A stretch of DNA of 63,574 nucleotides, the filler included, from Rhabdomonas costata (taxonomy: Eukaryota): assembly GCA_019059605.1 (NCBI GenBank). It is 43 parts of 43 records of this genome, joined end to end, with 100 filler letters (N's around TTAATTAATTAA, not from the genome) between each part and the next. Parts side by side here need not be neighbours in the genome. Positions count along the whole stretch, not along the records: positions 35,539 to 36,919 come from JAHMHO010017653.1; positions 37,020 to 38,400 come from JAHMHO010017654.1; positions 38,501 to 39,881 come from JAHMHO010017655.1; positions 39,982 to 41,361 come from JAHMHO010017656.1; positions 41,462 to 42,841 come from JAHMHO010017657.1; positions 42,942 to 44,321 come from JAHMHO010017658.1; positions 44,422 to 45,801 come from JAHMHO010017659.1; positions 45,902 to 47,282 come from JAHMHO010017660.1; 35 more parts are not named here. One strand, written 5' to 3'. The translations under genes were made by a program, and so were the position numbers. Positions 36,193 through 48,935 of the stretch are shown here, in pieces (the stretch's first letter is position 1; each line of letters begins with the position of its first letter). The notes beneath the pieces are model-generated. The model was not told where the DNA came from. It saw only the letters and a list, made by a program, of their open reading frames with translations, and ran no database searches.

Positions 36193-36852
36193 CTCTCCTT
36201 GAAGGCAACCTCTTGCTGGTGGGCCTTCTCTGAGGAGTCGTGGAGGGAGGTCAGCGCTGCCAGCTTCGACTGCATGCTGCCGATCTCCTCATCCTTCTCG
36301 GCAATGGTCGCGTGGAGCCTAGCCAACTCATCTGAAGGTCCAGAGCACCAGAGGATACGATTTCTTACAAACATTGGTATTTGCCCCCGCCCCCACTCCC
36401 GCTCCTCCAATAAAAAATCAGCACCTCCAATGTCACGCGTGTTCTCTAGATAATAAATCGGGCATCGGGCAGTCCCTGACAGCGATTGAGTCATTTTCCC
36501 ATGTGGAAGAATGTGAGGATGCGATTGATCACCAGCCCCTCTATTCGTCGGTTTCCTGAGACGTGCCCTCATTGTTTTGCAAGCGAAGGGGGAGGGGTTC
36601 AATTGTAATTCTTTATTGTACCGGACCGCGGAAGCGCATATGAAGACGAGAACCAGCACGCAGACCTTTGGTTGTGATGACGGTGAACTCATCTTCGTCC
36701 TCAATCTCCCGAATGCCATCGTCGGAACCGGAGGCCAAGGACACGTCGGGCTCCTTCAAGGAAGTGGGCTGAACCTCTGCTGCCGCAGCGCCGCCGGTGG
36801 CGGCAGAGCCCGCAGAGGGAGCGGTCTTCATTGAGCCCCAGATCCAAGACAT
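36193..36852 (-). CDS. N-terminus of a coiled-coil (golgin-like) protein (exons 36852-36666, 36331-36193)
   Basis: MSWIWGSMK..TTK|DELARLHATIAEKDEEIGSMQSKLAAL; phase-1 GT-AG intron. Confidence 0.6.
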
Positions 36853-37574
36853 ATTCAAAAAGTGCAGGTGGATGTGAAACAAGCACAAAGCTGAACAAAA
36901 AAGAAAGCGAAAAACAACANNNNNNNNNNNNNNNNNNNNNNNNNNNNNNNNNNNNNNNNNNNNTTAATTAATTAANNNNNNNNNNNNNNNNNNNNNNNNN
37001 NNNNNNNNNNNNNNNNNNNGGTGGTGTGTTTTTGCTGTTGGTGTTACGTGGTGGTGGATTTGCGTTGTTTGGTTTTTGTTGCTCTTCAGCGTAGCTGTTG
37101 TGTCCACATTTCTTCATTGCCCAGTTTGGTCTTTGGTCTCTCAGTTTGTTAGATGCTGGGTCATCGGTCCCAGCCCTCTGCGAGACCAAAAACTCCACCT
37201 CGGGAACAAGTCCAACGCCCCGCACACTCCAACACGCGGGATCGATAAATCCCCTGTGCGCCTCTGCGGGGGGGAATGCTAATGCATCCACCAGTGACCT
37301 GGAAAGCTCGAGTACGTGGTATGTTCAATTTTGATTTGATGACCTCCATCACGTTTCTCATCGAGAGGTCATCCCTATAGCTTGGCGTGATTCTTCCACA
37401 TCTGGGTCCAGGCTCAAGAGCGGTTGTTTCGTTGTGGTGGTGGTCCAGATGAAGGCTGTGGTGCTGTTTGTGTAGAGGGTTTGAGGTGATGGGGACTAGG
37501 AGGTTGTTGAGTTAATAATGGGCGCCTCTGCCTCTTCTCCTACTTCCACCCGTTCGCTTTTGGGTTGGACGCAG

Positions 37575-37785
37575 CAACCCGTCTGGTTACCTTCGTTCCG
37601 GCTCTCTGTTGGATATCGCCCGTTCCTCCGGCGAAGTTGGCGGCAACGAAGGAGTCTACCATGTTCAAGGCCTCTTGGGTCATGGGGGGTTTGGAAGTGT
37701 CTACCTTGCCATGGATAAGACAACCCAGAGGTTGGTGGTCATCAAGGAGGCCCTTGTCATGAATTCCCCAATTCAGCGCCGAGAG
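37575..37785 (+). CDS. Protein kinase exon, subdomains I-II
   Basis: YHVQGLLGHGGFGSVYLAMDKTTQRLVVIKE contains GxGxFG and the VxIK lysine; AG and GT borders. Confidence 0.85.
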
Positions 37786-38927
37786 GTTTCGTTTTCCCTT
37801 TTTATGCCCGTTCTTTTATGGTTTTGGGTTGCTGTCAGCTGTCTGGCACTTCGAAGGACGAACGAATGACAATTCTGCTGTGATCCTTTCAGCTCCCTGG
37901 ACACCTTTAGGCTGCCAAACGCGTTTAATTGCTGACCAGGGCCCTCCCAGCGCAGCACTTGAGATCGGGTGGTGTCCCAGTGTGTGTGCGCGTCCCCTCC
38001 GTATGTCTCAGTGCGTGTATGGTCCCTCTTTGGAGATTGCGTCCTGTGTGCGTCCTTGAGAGTCGGGATTTCGTCCAATAGGCTTCCTTGCCACCCACCC
38101 ACCCGTCTCCCCTGAGAGTCCGGATTTTGTGCGCGGTCGTCTTTCCGTACTTTGCCATGGTAGCCTTGCCATACTACTATACTACTATATGGCATATGTT
38201 CAGCACTGAACCTTTTTCTAGGGGAGACGTGCATCGCTTCATAACCCCCTGCGAAATCAAATATAAAAAGATTCACTGGAAATGTCCAACGCGAGTGCTC
38301 CATGAACGAAAGCCCCTAGAGCCCTCCAGGGGACCATCCACAACAGCCGGCACTCTAAGGCGGCACTTCTGGTCAGTGCACACAAGCCCAGGCTTTCCCC
38401 NNNNNNNNNNNNNNNNNNNNNNNNNNNNNNNNNNNNNNNNNNNNTTAATTAATTAANNNNNNNNNNNNNNNNNNNNNNNNNNNNNNNNNNNNNNNNNNNN
38501 TCCTGAGACTGTTTCGGCTGCCTCGGATCCGCTCTGATCGCGTGGAAGCCATGGCGAGGGTGTGAGCGACAAGAGTGAGTTGCGATATGCCCCCCTCCCC
38601 CACAAATAGGACGACGGAGCCTCGGAGCAGCTCGTTGGCACCCAAAAAAGATGGCGTGACACAGGCAGCAGGTCTGGGCACCCGTGCCCCCGTCAGTCAG
38701 TATCGGTCCAAAAGAAAGGTAGCTGCGCGGCAAACGCCGTGGACCCGTGGGGCTGAAGAAAGGGTACCGCATGTGAAACTTACCGCGGTATTTCTGTTCC
38801 CCCTCAGTACTGTGTACCTCTCGCGAGCACTGATGGCCAACAGCGCGTGCCCGTCAGTCGACAGCGCCATTCGCCATTCCGGCAACAGCCAGAGTGCTGT
38901 GTCCCCATCACGCACTTTCACTCATAG

Positions 38928-39090
38928 GCGGACGAGCGGGCGGCTGCGCTGGAGGAGCGAGCGCGGCACCAGGAGCAGCACGAGCTGCGTCGCCGCAGCT
39001 TCATGAGCCGAGTGAAGGGTCACCACAGGTCCCGCCAGCTCAGCACCATCGGCTCGCACCCGACGATGCTTCCCCCGGAAAACTCGACGG
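38928..39090 (+). CDS. Exon of unknown protein (charged helix)
   Basis: CATAG acceptor; ADERAAALEERARHQEQHELRRRSFMSRVK; GT donor. Confidence 0.45.
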
Positions 39091-40198
39091 GTCGCTGCGT
39101 CATCAGCTTCCCTTTCCTTTTTTCTCTTCCTCTTGGATGGAGGGAGGTGGGGGGAGGGGTGGTGATTGCCTGTATATTCCTTGTTCACATGCTTCACACA
39201 GTGAGGATCTCCCCCCTCCAAAAACCAGTAAAATAAAATGTTCTCTTTTTTGGCCCAAGGTCACATTAAAGAGAAGGTTTTCAGCAATCCTTCCATTTCG
39301 CCAGTCCGCCAGAATAAATCTGATCACCGCGATTTTCCAATGGTGTGCCCAAAGGCATCGAAATATGGAATCGACTATTCCCATGTTTTCACCACTTTGT
39401 GTCTTTAGAGATTTTCACCGCCGTCTCCTCTGTGCGTTAAAGTTTGCTGTGGTTTTTTGGACATAAATGCAACTTCGCTGCAGGGCAGTCCCCCTCTTCA
39501 TTGCTTTCGAAAACATTTTTATCCGCTCGTGACGTCGATACCACAGAAACGTCGATATCACAGAAATACGCCGTGGCATGTGGGTCAGGTTGAGCAAAAA
39601 TGGGCCTGGTTCACTTGAACCCCCCCCCCCTCTTTTTTGTGGTGCCAAAGCGAGCCGTGACCTAGAGGCGGGCGAACTACAGTGGGATAAGTCCTATTCT
39701 CTAATCTGTCGGCCCCTGGAAAATGGTTGAACGTATGTTGTCCTGTACGCGATGAAAGCACGCTAGCTTCGAATGAGCCATAGGACTTCTTGTGGGTCAC
39801 GTAAACTTATTTACGATCACGTTTTGTTGTGGTACTCGTCGCTATCACTGGTTATGACAATAACACCCCACCCCCCCACCCNNNNNNNNNNNNNNNNNNN
39901 NNNNNNNNNNNNNNNNNNNNNNNNNTTAATTAATTAANNNNNNNNNNNNNNNNNNNNNNNNNNNNNNNNNNNNNNNNNNNNGGTGTGTGGGTAGCAGCTC
40001 AGAAAGGTTTGTTGGGGCCCACGCCCGAGGTCTTCTCACTCTTTCCACGCGCTGCGTGTCACGGTAAGGCTTGCCTCTGCCCGCTGCCGTTCTGTGCCTG
40101 TGTCAAGACGATGCTGTGCTGAAGTTTCTGGACTATGATATGCACTGCCTTTCCCGCTTTTTCTTCATCACAACTTCTTTTCCTTTGGGTTTCTGCAG

Positions 40199-41215
40199 GA
40201 GCTGCAGCAGGCCAACCAGGAGCCTCTCGAGTTGCGTGCACGTTTCGACCATCAGGTTTGCTTCTGTCAATACTGAGAGGTTTTCGAACTTTCGAAGGTT
40301 TTGGTTGGGTATGTTTCCGTTTTTACGTGTATTGTATAAATATGATGCGCCCTTGTAAGTTTTTCGATGAATTGGTTTAAGTGGATGGGTGAACTTTTTT
40401 GGTGAAGAAACGCCAGCGCTGCAGAAAACTCTTTGATGTGCACATTTGACTGTTTGAATTTTGCCTCCATTGTGAAATGAAACGCGTCATATTGGTTTGA
40501 CTCCCCCCGTTGTGAACCCCCGTCTTCAACGTTGTTGAGGCATTTTTGTTTCAGGTTTCCCTCCTACTTTTTGAGTGGTGTGGCACGCTTTTCTCTTTGG
40601 CCAGGCGGAGCAATGGAGGATCAAGGAGCAGAAGATGCGGGAGGTGATTCAGGAGCTGTATGCCGCGCGGCAAGCAGCCCTCTGCACTCGACCCTCTTCC
40701 CCTTTCACACCTCGTGGTCACTCACACTGTCGGCATTAACTCGATTGCAACCCTGCTTCTGAGCATACCCGTAAAATCAGAACCTCGCACAGCTGTAGTT
40801 TGTCTGGATCTTACGCACCTGGGTGAGGGGGGTAGCTTCTGGTGCTCTACGGTGTCAGAACGGCATCACCAGCACTGTTCTTTCCTCGGAACTCGCTGGA
40901 GGTCAGCCCTTTGGCTTTGGTTCTATGTGTGTTCCGTACCTCTACTGTTCAGAAATTTAGTGCAATAACATTTTATCTGCAGTGTTTTTGGTGTCGTGGT
41001 GACGTTGCCGATTGCGTGACAGTGGAAACGTCAGTGAAGTGAAGGGGTGCCCGGCGTTCACATTGCGAAGGTGGTGGTGGTGGTGGTAATGTGTCTCCGC
41101 AGAACAAGCATTAAGGAGTCCTACCTCTCTCTGCAAGCCGCGTACGCGGAGATTCAGATTCAAACGGATGAGCGCATGGAGAAGGCCCGGCAGCTCTGTG
41201 TCGAGCAATGCGAAG
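40199..41215 (+). CDS. Coiled-coil protein, three exons (40199-40255, 40605-40669, 41103-41215), second intron GC-AG
   Basis: ELQQANQEPLELRARFDHQ|AEQWRIKEQKMREVIQELYAAR|TSIKESYLSLQAAYAEIQIQTDERMEKARQ. Confidence 0.65.
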
Positions 41216-41355
41216 GTACCTGTTGCACACGACCACACAGAGCAGGAGGAAGATAGAAAGCCCCGGTGAGGAACCAGAACAAAGATAGCCGATAAGTCTG
41301 CAAATAGCCTTGGTTATTGCACTAAATTTCTGAACAGTAGAGGTACGGAACACAC
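40927..41355. repeat. 43-bp perfect inverted repeat (40927-40969 / 41313-41355); right arm at contig end
   Basis: Exact reverse complement. Confidence 0.9.
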
Positions 41356-41529
41356 CAACAANNNNNNNNNNNNNNNNNNNNNNNNNNNNNNNNNNNNNNN
41401 NNNNNTTAATTAATTAANNNNNNNNNNNNNNNNNNNNNNNNNNNNNNNNNNNNNNNNNNNNCGAATTCCACTGCAGGTGGGTGCTAGCTGGTGGGTGGGC
41501 AGGTAAGTTCTCCCTGTGCTTTGTTTCAG

Positions 41530-41780
41530 GCTTTGCCCCCGCACCCGCGGGAACCACCGGGTTCCATTCCAAACCTGTCCCTCACGATGCTTTGCAACCG
41601 AAGAACAAGTTCAGCCTGCGGGACGTCGTGCAAATGGAGCAGATCGTTTTGTGTGTTCCCCGCACCTCGCCTCATTCAAAGACGCACTCACGCGCAATGC
41701 CCACGCTGCATCAAGGGAGGAAAGATGTCACCGGAGCCCCGCAGAAACCCGTTGCTGCCGATTCGGACCCCTCTCTGTAG
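41530..41780 (+). CDS. Probable terminal exon, unknown protein
   Basis: CAG|GTGGGT..TTTCAG short intron upstream; open frame to TAG. Confidence 0.35.
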
Positions 41781-42946
41781 ATTTGGGGTCGTCTCTTCAA
41801 AAGTTTGGGAGGGTGAACAGGTATGGTTTGTGTTGAATGGCGCTGGACACTTTATTGGGCGATTTATGACGGAGTGGGGGAGCACCACTTTGTTGCAGAC
41901 CTTTCTTTGTTGTGAAACGCTTATGCCACCAGTAACATTGGCAACCGGACTTGTTGTTGTTCCAAAGCTCCTGAACTGTGCCAGTATCAGTATTTTAAGT
42001 TTAACCTCTTGAAGCCACGTTGCCCGTTTTTGGCCAGGATTTGGATTCAGAGGAGCTTACCAAGGGAGAAACTGGCCTTAGGTATTTATTATTTATTGTA
42101 TTGCCTGAGTGATGGTGGCTGGGAAACGTCACGCCCGTCACAGTGGTGTCAGCATAAAATTCGGTGTTCTGCCGACGCAGCTGCGACTTCTTGCTTCTCT
42201 CTTGTTTTATTGATCAGCGGCTCCGACGCCACCACGTTCAATGGGACTCGGCCCTGCCACGTTTCCGTGGGTATCCTTATCACCAATCGCACCCCAGCCC
42301 CATCCTCTTCTTTTGTGTTTTCAAACCTGTGTTTTCATGTGTGTTCTTGATCCCGAGAACCGCTTTAGCCCACAGTCTTTTTTTAACGGGGCATCGTGCG
42401 GTGGGTGATGGGTCTCGCAGATGTGGCATGGTCTGCGGAAGTGGGCAGCAGTGTCTACGCCACCCCGCTAATTACAGATCTCTTTGGGTTTGACCCTTCC
42501 CCCCTTTCACCGCCATGAGTTCGCGTCTGTGAATGACACCTCATTCCTATGAGTACAGTGACCGAGGGTTTTGCGAAAGCAGGTGAGACCTATCTCTGAG
42601 CTGTACTGGCGGGCTGCCTTTTTGAGCTTTTACAAATTCATTCAACCCGCGCTCTCTAAGGATGGGGAAGCGCTGAACTTCAATTCAGGGTGGTTCTGTG
42701 TGACCACCACCATCCATCACGGTGGACACAAGAATTTGGCGAACTCCAGTATGCGGGAGGGTGGATTTTAGTCTTCAGTGGAACTTCAGTGGAAAACCTG
42801 TCCCATGTCTTGAACATGTCTTGAACCTGAACAAAACACCCNNNNNNNNNNNNNNNNNNNNNNNNNNNNNNNNNNNNNNNNNNNNTTAATTAATTAANNN
42901 NNNNNNNNNNNNNNNNNNNNNNNNNNNNNNNNNNNNNNNNNTTTGG

Positions 42947-43121
42947 TGCATGAAGCAGATGTGGATGCAAAAACTTGCACCGTTGCAGTCTCCGTTGCGC
43001 ATTACGCATCAAGGTGCACGAACGTTTATCAGACCCAGCGTAACGTTTGTGCACCTTGATGCGTAATGCGCAACGGAGACTGCAACGGTGCAAGTTTTTG
43101 CATCCACATCTGCTTCATGCA
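42947..43121. repeat. ~80-bp inverted repeat (one mismatch, 15-nt loop) at contig start
   Basis: 42947-43026 versus 43042-43121. Confidence 0.9.
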
Positions 43122-43699
43122 TCGAATCAGAACCTGACACAAGTCACTCACACATGATCACTAAGAAATCCAAGATGTCTTTGCTAACACAAGAACTGTG
43201 CATACTCAAGGGCAGAGATGACCCGCTGAACTTGGGTGAGCCAGCGAGACACCGGGGGCCTGAAGGGCACGACAAGCGCCGGCCCGATTGGCAGGGGAAC
43301 CTATGGGCAGAGTAGGGGACAGAGAAGGAAATACAAACGCCTGTGACAAGTGACTGTATTGTGAATTGAAAATCCAGAGCCAAAATCACATACTGGAAAA
43401 AGGAGGAACTGAACATCTCACCATACCGCAACACTTTGAGCTAATGCGCACCTCACATTCGGGAGTACACCAGCCCACAATTCTAATTGTGCAGAGCGGG
43501 TGGAGGAATTGTTCCCCTTCATCTGAGGGGCCACCATACCACCGAAGACGTCGAAGCGTACGAAATGCCCCCCCTCCCCCGAGGAATTAGTGCGGTGTAC
43601 TTTGCAGTTCAATGGAGCAAATGGAGAGGGCACTGAAGTATGAACTCAAAAGCCTGTTGCGAACTGATGCCTAACGGAATTTCGGACTTTTTTGGGTGC

Positions 43700-44230
43700 G
43701 AAGCAAGATGCACGTCCCATCACCGGGGAGGCAGAACATTGCTGAAACCTCCGGCAAGTCAGTACGGCCAGCAAAGGGGTTGTGGGGCACTGCCTTGCCC
43801 ACCAGAGCAGCCAGGGAGTCCGCCCGCCTGCCCTGGCCATGCCCTCCAGGGCCTACCTGAACCCCGCCCCCGCCGGGGGGCGCGCCCTCCGCCGGGGACG
43901 AGGTGGAGGTATCATGCATGGGCATCACCCCACAGGTCACTTCCCTCGCAGCGGAGCCAAAAATGGCCACTCCGAAGGGGCAAAATTACTATTGCTACTC
44001 TGAGGCGTGAGGCTACCAGCACCCCCCAAGCCGAAAGCTACCATTCGACTGGGGGGTGCGCTGGTAGACTTTCGCAGGGCATACACATCCTCGCGGTACA
44101 GCAATGCACAAACAAGGCGCTGGGTACAAGGGAGAGAAGACCAGAAGGCAACAAAGAATTTCGGAGAATCGCTCTTTGTGGTGTTGAAAGCTTTGGGTTT
44201 GAGCTGTCTCCGCCAGTATCCACCAGCCCG
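43700..44230 (+). mobile_element. Possible decayed non-LTR (LINE) reverse transcriptase remnant
   Basis: Ordered fragments in shifting frames: ARPIT, LRRGKITIATLRR, LVDFRRAYTS and LFVVLKALGL, resembling RPI / GFR.GR / D..KAFD.V / L..LG. Confidence 0.3.
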
Positions 44231-44982
44231 GGTGCATCCAGGAACTACTGCTCTCACTCCAACACGAGAAAACATAACAGACAATTGTCCGGTCACTGCG
44301 ATTCCTCGAGACTTCAACAAANNNNNNNNNNNNNNNNNNNNNNNNNNNNNNNNNNNNNNNNNNNNTTAATTAATTAANNNNNNNNNNNNNNNNNNNNNNN
44401 NNNNNNNNNNNNNNNNNNNNNTTGTGGGTTCACTGCGGCTCAGGCACAGGAATGCTGCTATGGGTGCTTCGTCCAGGACCCATGTAAAAAACGAAGGAGG
44501 TGAAAACGAAGAGAGGATCCCCGCCTCCAAGAAACGAACCTTTGTGAACGGAGGGGTGGAGTATTTTGATTTGTGAAGAGCGATTTTTCATTGATTGCCC
44601 AAACTCACTTCGATATCTCGCGCTCAAAGAATTTCAGAAAACGAGGGCCTGGTTGGTCGCAATTACCTGCAAGTCAAAGAGAAGTTGACATGGACATATC
44701 AAGTCATATCAATTCAGCTCTCCTTTTGTAGCATCTGCCAATGTACCGATGCTTTCCAGATGTGCAGGTGACCATAGCTTCCCACTTTTCACATGGTGCT
44801 GGCCTTGTATCCCATAATTTTGTTAACCCCTTGTGACGCTCAAAGAAGAAGGGATTTTGTTGCCAGGACAATGGATTGCACCACCCTAAATTTCTGAGAA
44901 TCCTGCATGTCGCCCGGCGGGGGATGCCTTTGTTTGCAATTGCCATGATTTGCATTTTGTCATCCCTGGTTTGGTCGCGCAG

Positions 44983-45739
44983 GCTTTGTGGCGCTGTGCG
45001 TGCTGGCCTTTGTGCTGCCGATCCTGTTTGGGACTTTCCTGGGGTGGTCGGTGCACACTCCCTGGACCTTGATGTTGCGCGTCAAGACGATTCTGCAGGT
45101 TTTGCAGGACCACAAAATTTCTGTGTGGCTTGTCTTCGGCGTGTTTCTCTTGCCCGCGGAAGGGGGGGGGGCAAACATGTATGCATTCCAAAAGAAATTG
45201 CAATACCTAGTGAAACTGAGCCACACTCCCTTGGACGACAAGAGGCAATGACATCAAGGTTCAAGTCTGTCCCACATTTGTCTGCATGAATCCTGGTCTT
45301 CTGAGGATTGAACCTGGGAATAACAACTGAGAAGTAAGAGAAGTGTACCAAGAAGAGCGGGAAACACGGGACAAAACGAGGACATACAACCACCTCCTAC
45401 AAGTATTGCCTTTTACCCCTCAAGAAACTTGATTGAATTGCAGAAGACAAAGTTTTAATCATAAGAGGGGTAAGGATCTTGGATCTTGAGAAGCTCCGCT
45501 GCCCTAGATCCTGGAGAGTAAGCGGGGGCACATATGAAGTGATGCCTTTCTTTTCAATACCAGGAGAAGCTCCAGGTGCAGCGGGAGGTAAACAAGGTGG
45601 TGACGCAGTTCGTCCCGCATGACTTCCTGAGCATGATGGGGGTGGAGTCCCTTCGGGAGCTGCAGCTTGGGGAGTGCATGTTGAAGCCCGCCACCTTGGT
45701 GTACGTGGAGATCCTCAACTTTGCCGCTTTGTCGGAGAG
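44983..45739 (+). CDS. Transmembrane receptor-type class III nucleotidyl cyclase (exons 44983-45098, 45564-45739)
   Basis: TM helix, then TQFVPHDFLSMMGVESLRELQLGECMLKPATLVYVEILNFAALSE, matching bacterial-type 'RFVP..FL..LG..SI..V.LGD..T.LFSDIR.FT.LSE'; phase-0 GT-AG intron. Confidence 0.8.
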
Positions 45740-46938
45740 GTTCGCACACCAGCCTGCGAAAGCGCATCCCCCCCCCTCGCCCCCTCACGCACAAACAAAC
45801 ANNNNNNNNNNNNNNNNNNNNNNNNNNNNNNNNNNNNNNNNNNNNTTAATTAATTAANNNNNNNNNNNNNNNNNNNNNNNNNNNNNNNNNNNNNNNNNNN
45901 NGTGTTGGGTGTGGTTGGGGTTGTGGGTTCTTGGTATACGCAGATCTGTCTCTATGCGTGTGCGTATGTGTGGAAGGAGGAGCATCGGTGTGGGTGCGGG
46001 AAAAGTTATCATACCGACTTGCTCGTCCGTGATGACTTCCGGGGCTGCAAAAAAGACAAGAGCAGCGTATACACTCAAACGGATCCAGTAGCAATGCAAT
46101 CCACCCACCCGACTAACAGCTACGGTTCGATTGCGATGAACAGTGTTTCACGAGTTCCATTAATTGTGTGACTTGTTTTACATGGAGGCAAAGTGAGGTG
46201 TGTTGGGATGTCTTTTTTGACACAATCCACACGTCCTGCAAACCAGCCATCAACTCCCACTTCAACACTATCTTCTTTTCCCGGCAGTTACCAGCGAAAG
46301 ACACAATACAGAGACAGAGTAGGAGAGTAGGGCAGTCCAACCGACCGCTTCCGACAAACGCCCGTCCGGCCTGCTTCTCGTGCAGGTCTCCTCCTAACAT
46401 TTTTGCTTTCCGAGTCCGGGGAAGGTGCCAATCGTCATTGTTGTTGCTTGGTGGAAGCGCTGGGCACCCAAACGCACTGGCGCTTGATGGCACACCGTGC
46501 ACCGATCCGGAATAAAGGACATATCAAAAAAAAAGATCATGGAAAGCAATGCAGCAAAATGAAAAACAGTGAATGTGCGAAAGACCTTACATCCCTCTGT
46601 CCGTCGCTCAACGCCACACACACACACTTGATACTCTTGACCAGGTGCATTTTTTCGGGGGAAGACTCGCGTTTCTCTTGGGCTCCCCACCCGCAATGGG
46701 ACATGGGCCCATCCCTTCTCTGTCTCCTCAACGGCTCGCTGTCTCTGTCTCACCAACCCTGCCTCGCAGGATTGGTGTCCCCCTCAGGACCTACAACCGA
46801 TGGTGTAACCGGGGCCTTCGGAACCTGACTGGAGCATCTCGAGTACTCTTCGTGGCTGCCGGACCCTCCGCGCTCCTGCACCCCGGTTGGCCTGCCGGTC
46901 TCTCTCAGGGATTTGCCTGGCCTGCCTCGGTGTGCACT

Positions 46939-47282
46939 CACAGATGCCCTTACCTTCACACTTTCTCTCTGTGTGTGTGCTTCCCATCGCTCCCCGGCAC
47001 TCCTTCCCGCCGGGTGCCGGCCTGGTCACCGTGGTCACTCCCCACACTTGTCTCCACTGCCCATTCCGGGTCGTCGATTCCCTTCCCGTCCTTCTCGTGG
47101 TGCATTGCTTTTCCCGATGCCCCTGTTCACACCGCTCGGTGTCACTTGGTTTCACCGCCGCACGCACACACGCACACACGCACACAAGCATCGCAACACC
47201 GAACGCACCCATCCAGAATGGGGTTCCCACAGATGCCCTTACCTTCACACTTTCTCTCGGGGTGTGTGCTTCCCATCGCTCC
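46939..47282 (+). repeat. 55-bp direct repeat, 289 bp apart, 2 mismatches
   Basis: 46939-46993 versus 47228-47282. Confidence 0.85.
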
Positions 47283-47846
47283 NNNNNNNNNNNNNNNNNN
47301 NNNNNNNNNNNNNNNNNNNNNNNNNNTTAATTAATTAANNNNNNNNNNNNNNNNNNNNNNNNNNNNNNNNNNNNNNNNNNNNGTTTTGTGTGTTGCCCTG
47401 GGAAGGGGGTGCGACAGCGAAACTAGCCTGCCGCCTCTCATTTTTATTGTGGCGTGCCCATCGTGAAGGTCTTGCCAAAGATAAGGAATTGATTGGTGCA
47501 CAATTTGCGTTGAATTAATTCATGCTGTGGGTGGGTTTTTCCTGGAGACCGGGTGCTCCAAGTGGCGCGATTGCGCTGGTTTCGGCACTATGTTTGGACT
47601 TGAAGAAAGTGTATTTCTGAGTGCCGTCACCTAGCAAATGTAATTTTTGAGTTTTCCTCATTATGTTTCTTTTTGGGCTTTTTCCATAACGGCACCTTTG
47701 TTGTGCTCTCCTTTTTCGGTTTTCGGTTTATGCACAGCAATCGGGTGTTTTTTAAAATGAGAGAAAAATACATAAACCGTAGTTCTGAAACGATTGGATA
47801 GCTCCAAGCCTGGGCGGTTGGGTACACGATTTGGGGAACCCCTCAG

Positions 47847-48154
47847 ACGACCCCGTGGCGGAGAACGAGAGGAGGCGCGAGGAGGTCCGCGAGGCGATGC
47901 GGCACTCGTGGCGAGGCTACCGCCGCTACGCCTGGGGCTACGACGAGCTGTGCCCCTTGAGCCGCCGAGGCAAGAACTGGGGTGGCGCTGCGGGACGCTG
48001 GGGCGGCAACCCAGGCGGGGCAGGCTCCCCACCCTCGACCGCGGGGTTGGGGGTCACCATTGTGGACGCCCTTAGCACGCTGTGGGTGATGGGTCTGACG
48101 GCAGAGTTTGAAGAGGGGGTGCAATGGGTGCAGAGCAATATGACCCTGGACAAG
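47847..48154 (+). CDS. GH47 class I alpha-1,2-mannosidase exon
   Basis: RREEVREAMRHSWRGYRRYAWGYDELCPLS..GLGVTIVDALSTLWVMGLTAEFEEGVQWV; AG and GT borders. Confidence 0.95.
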
Positions 48155-48935
48155 GTCACGCGCACCCACTTCCTTTGGTTTTAGGATCGGCATTGAATGG
48201 GCTGAGCTTCTGGAGAAGCTGACAGCCCGTTCACCTTTACACAGCATGGCTTCGATTCGCATGCCATTCTAAAGTTTGCTGCTTCAAGCTTAGCGATTTG
48301 AAAGAGGAATCAGACCCCTTTTCCTCTTCTCCGTAGTCCTTGGCTCCGTTGGGCACGCACATGGCTGACTTTTGGAAATGATCATTCTGGCCACAGGTGT
48401 CATGCCCGCCCCTCTCAACTGGCGGTGTAAGCCGTCGTGATTTGATGTTTTTGTGTTGTACCTCATTCTGCCGCGTTGCTGCGTACTATAATGCCCTCGG
48501 GGCGGCCGGATGAGGCGGGGACGTGCCATGCAAAAATCTGACTTTTGGTGCCTGGCGGTGTTAATCGTTTAACACAGTTAAACGTTCGAAAGCTGTTGAA
48601 CTTGAAAAATCGGCATCTGAGGGCTGTGGAACAGTCTAAGTAACCCCATTTCGGAAAAGTAACTCCTCTAGCGGGTACAGGCACACCTTACGCAACCGCA
48701 TTCTCAGGACAAAACTTTTCGAAATACCAACTTTTGCACAACCAACCCAAACACACCCACACNNNNNNNNNNNNNNNNNNNNNNNNNNNNNNNNNNNNNN
48801 NNNNNNTTAATTAATTAANNNNNNNNNNNNNNNNNNNNNNNNNNNNNNNNNNNNNNNNNNNNCGCCAACGCCAGTGGCGCCAGCAAGGATTTTTTTGTTG
48901 TGTCTGAATGCAACGGATGATGGCGCGGGTGACAG

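Noticed and set aside
42947..43121. 80-bp hairpin as a miRNA or structured RNA
   Set aside because: Contig-terminal fold-back geometry makes an amplification chimera more likely.
47614..47623. TTTCTGAGTG similar to part of the Euglena spliced leader
   Set aside because: Only 10 nt match, with no rest of the leader or SL RNA structure.
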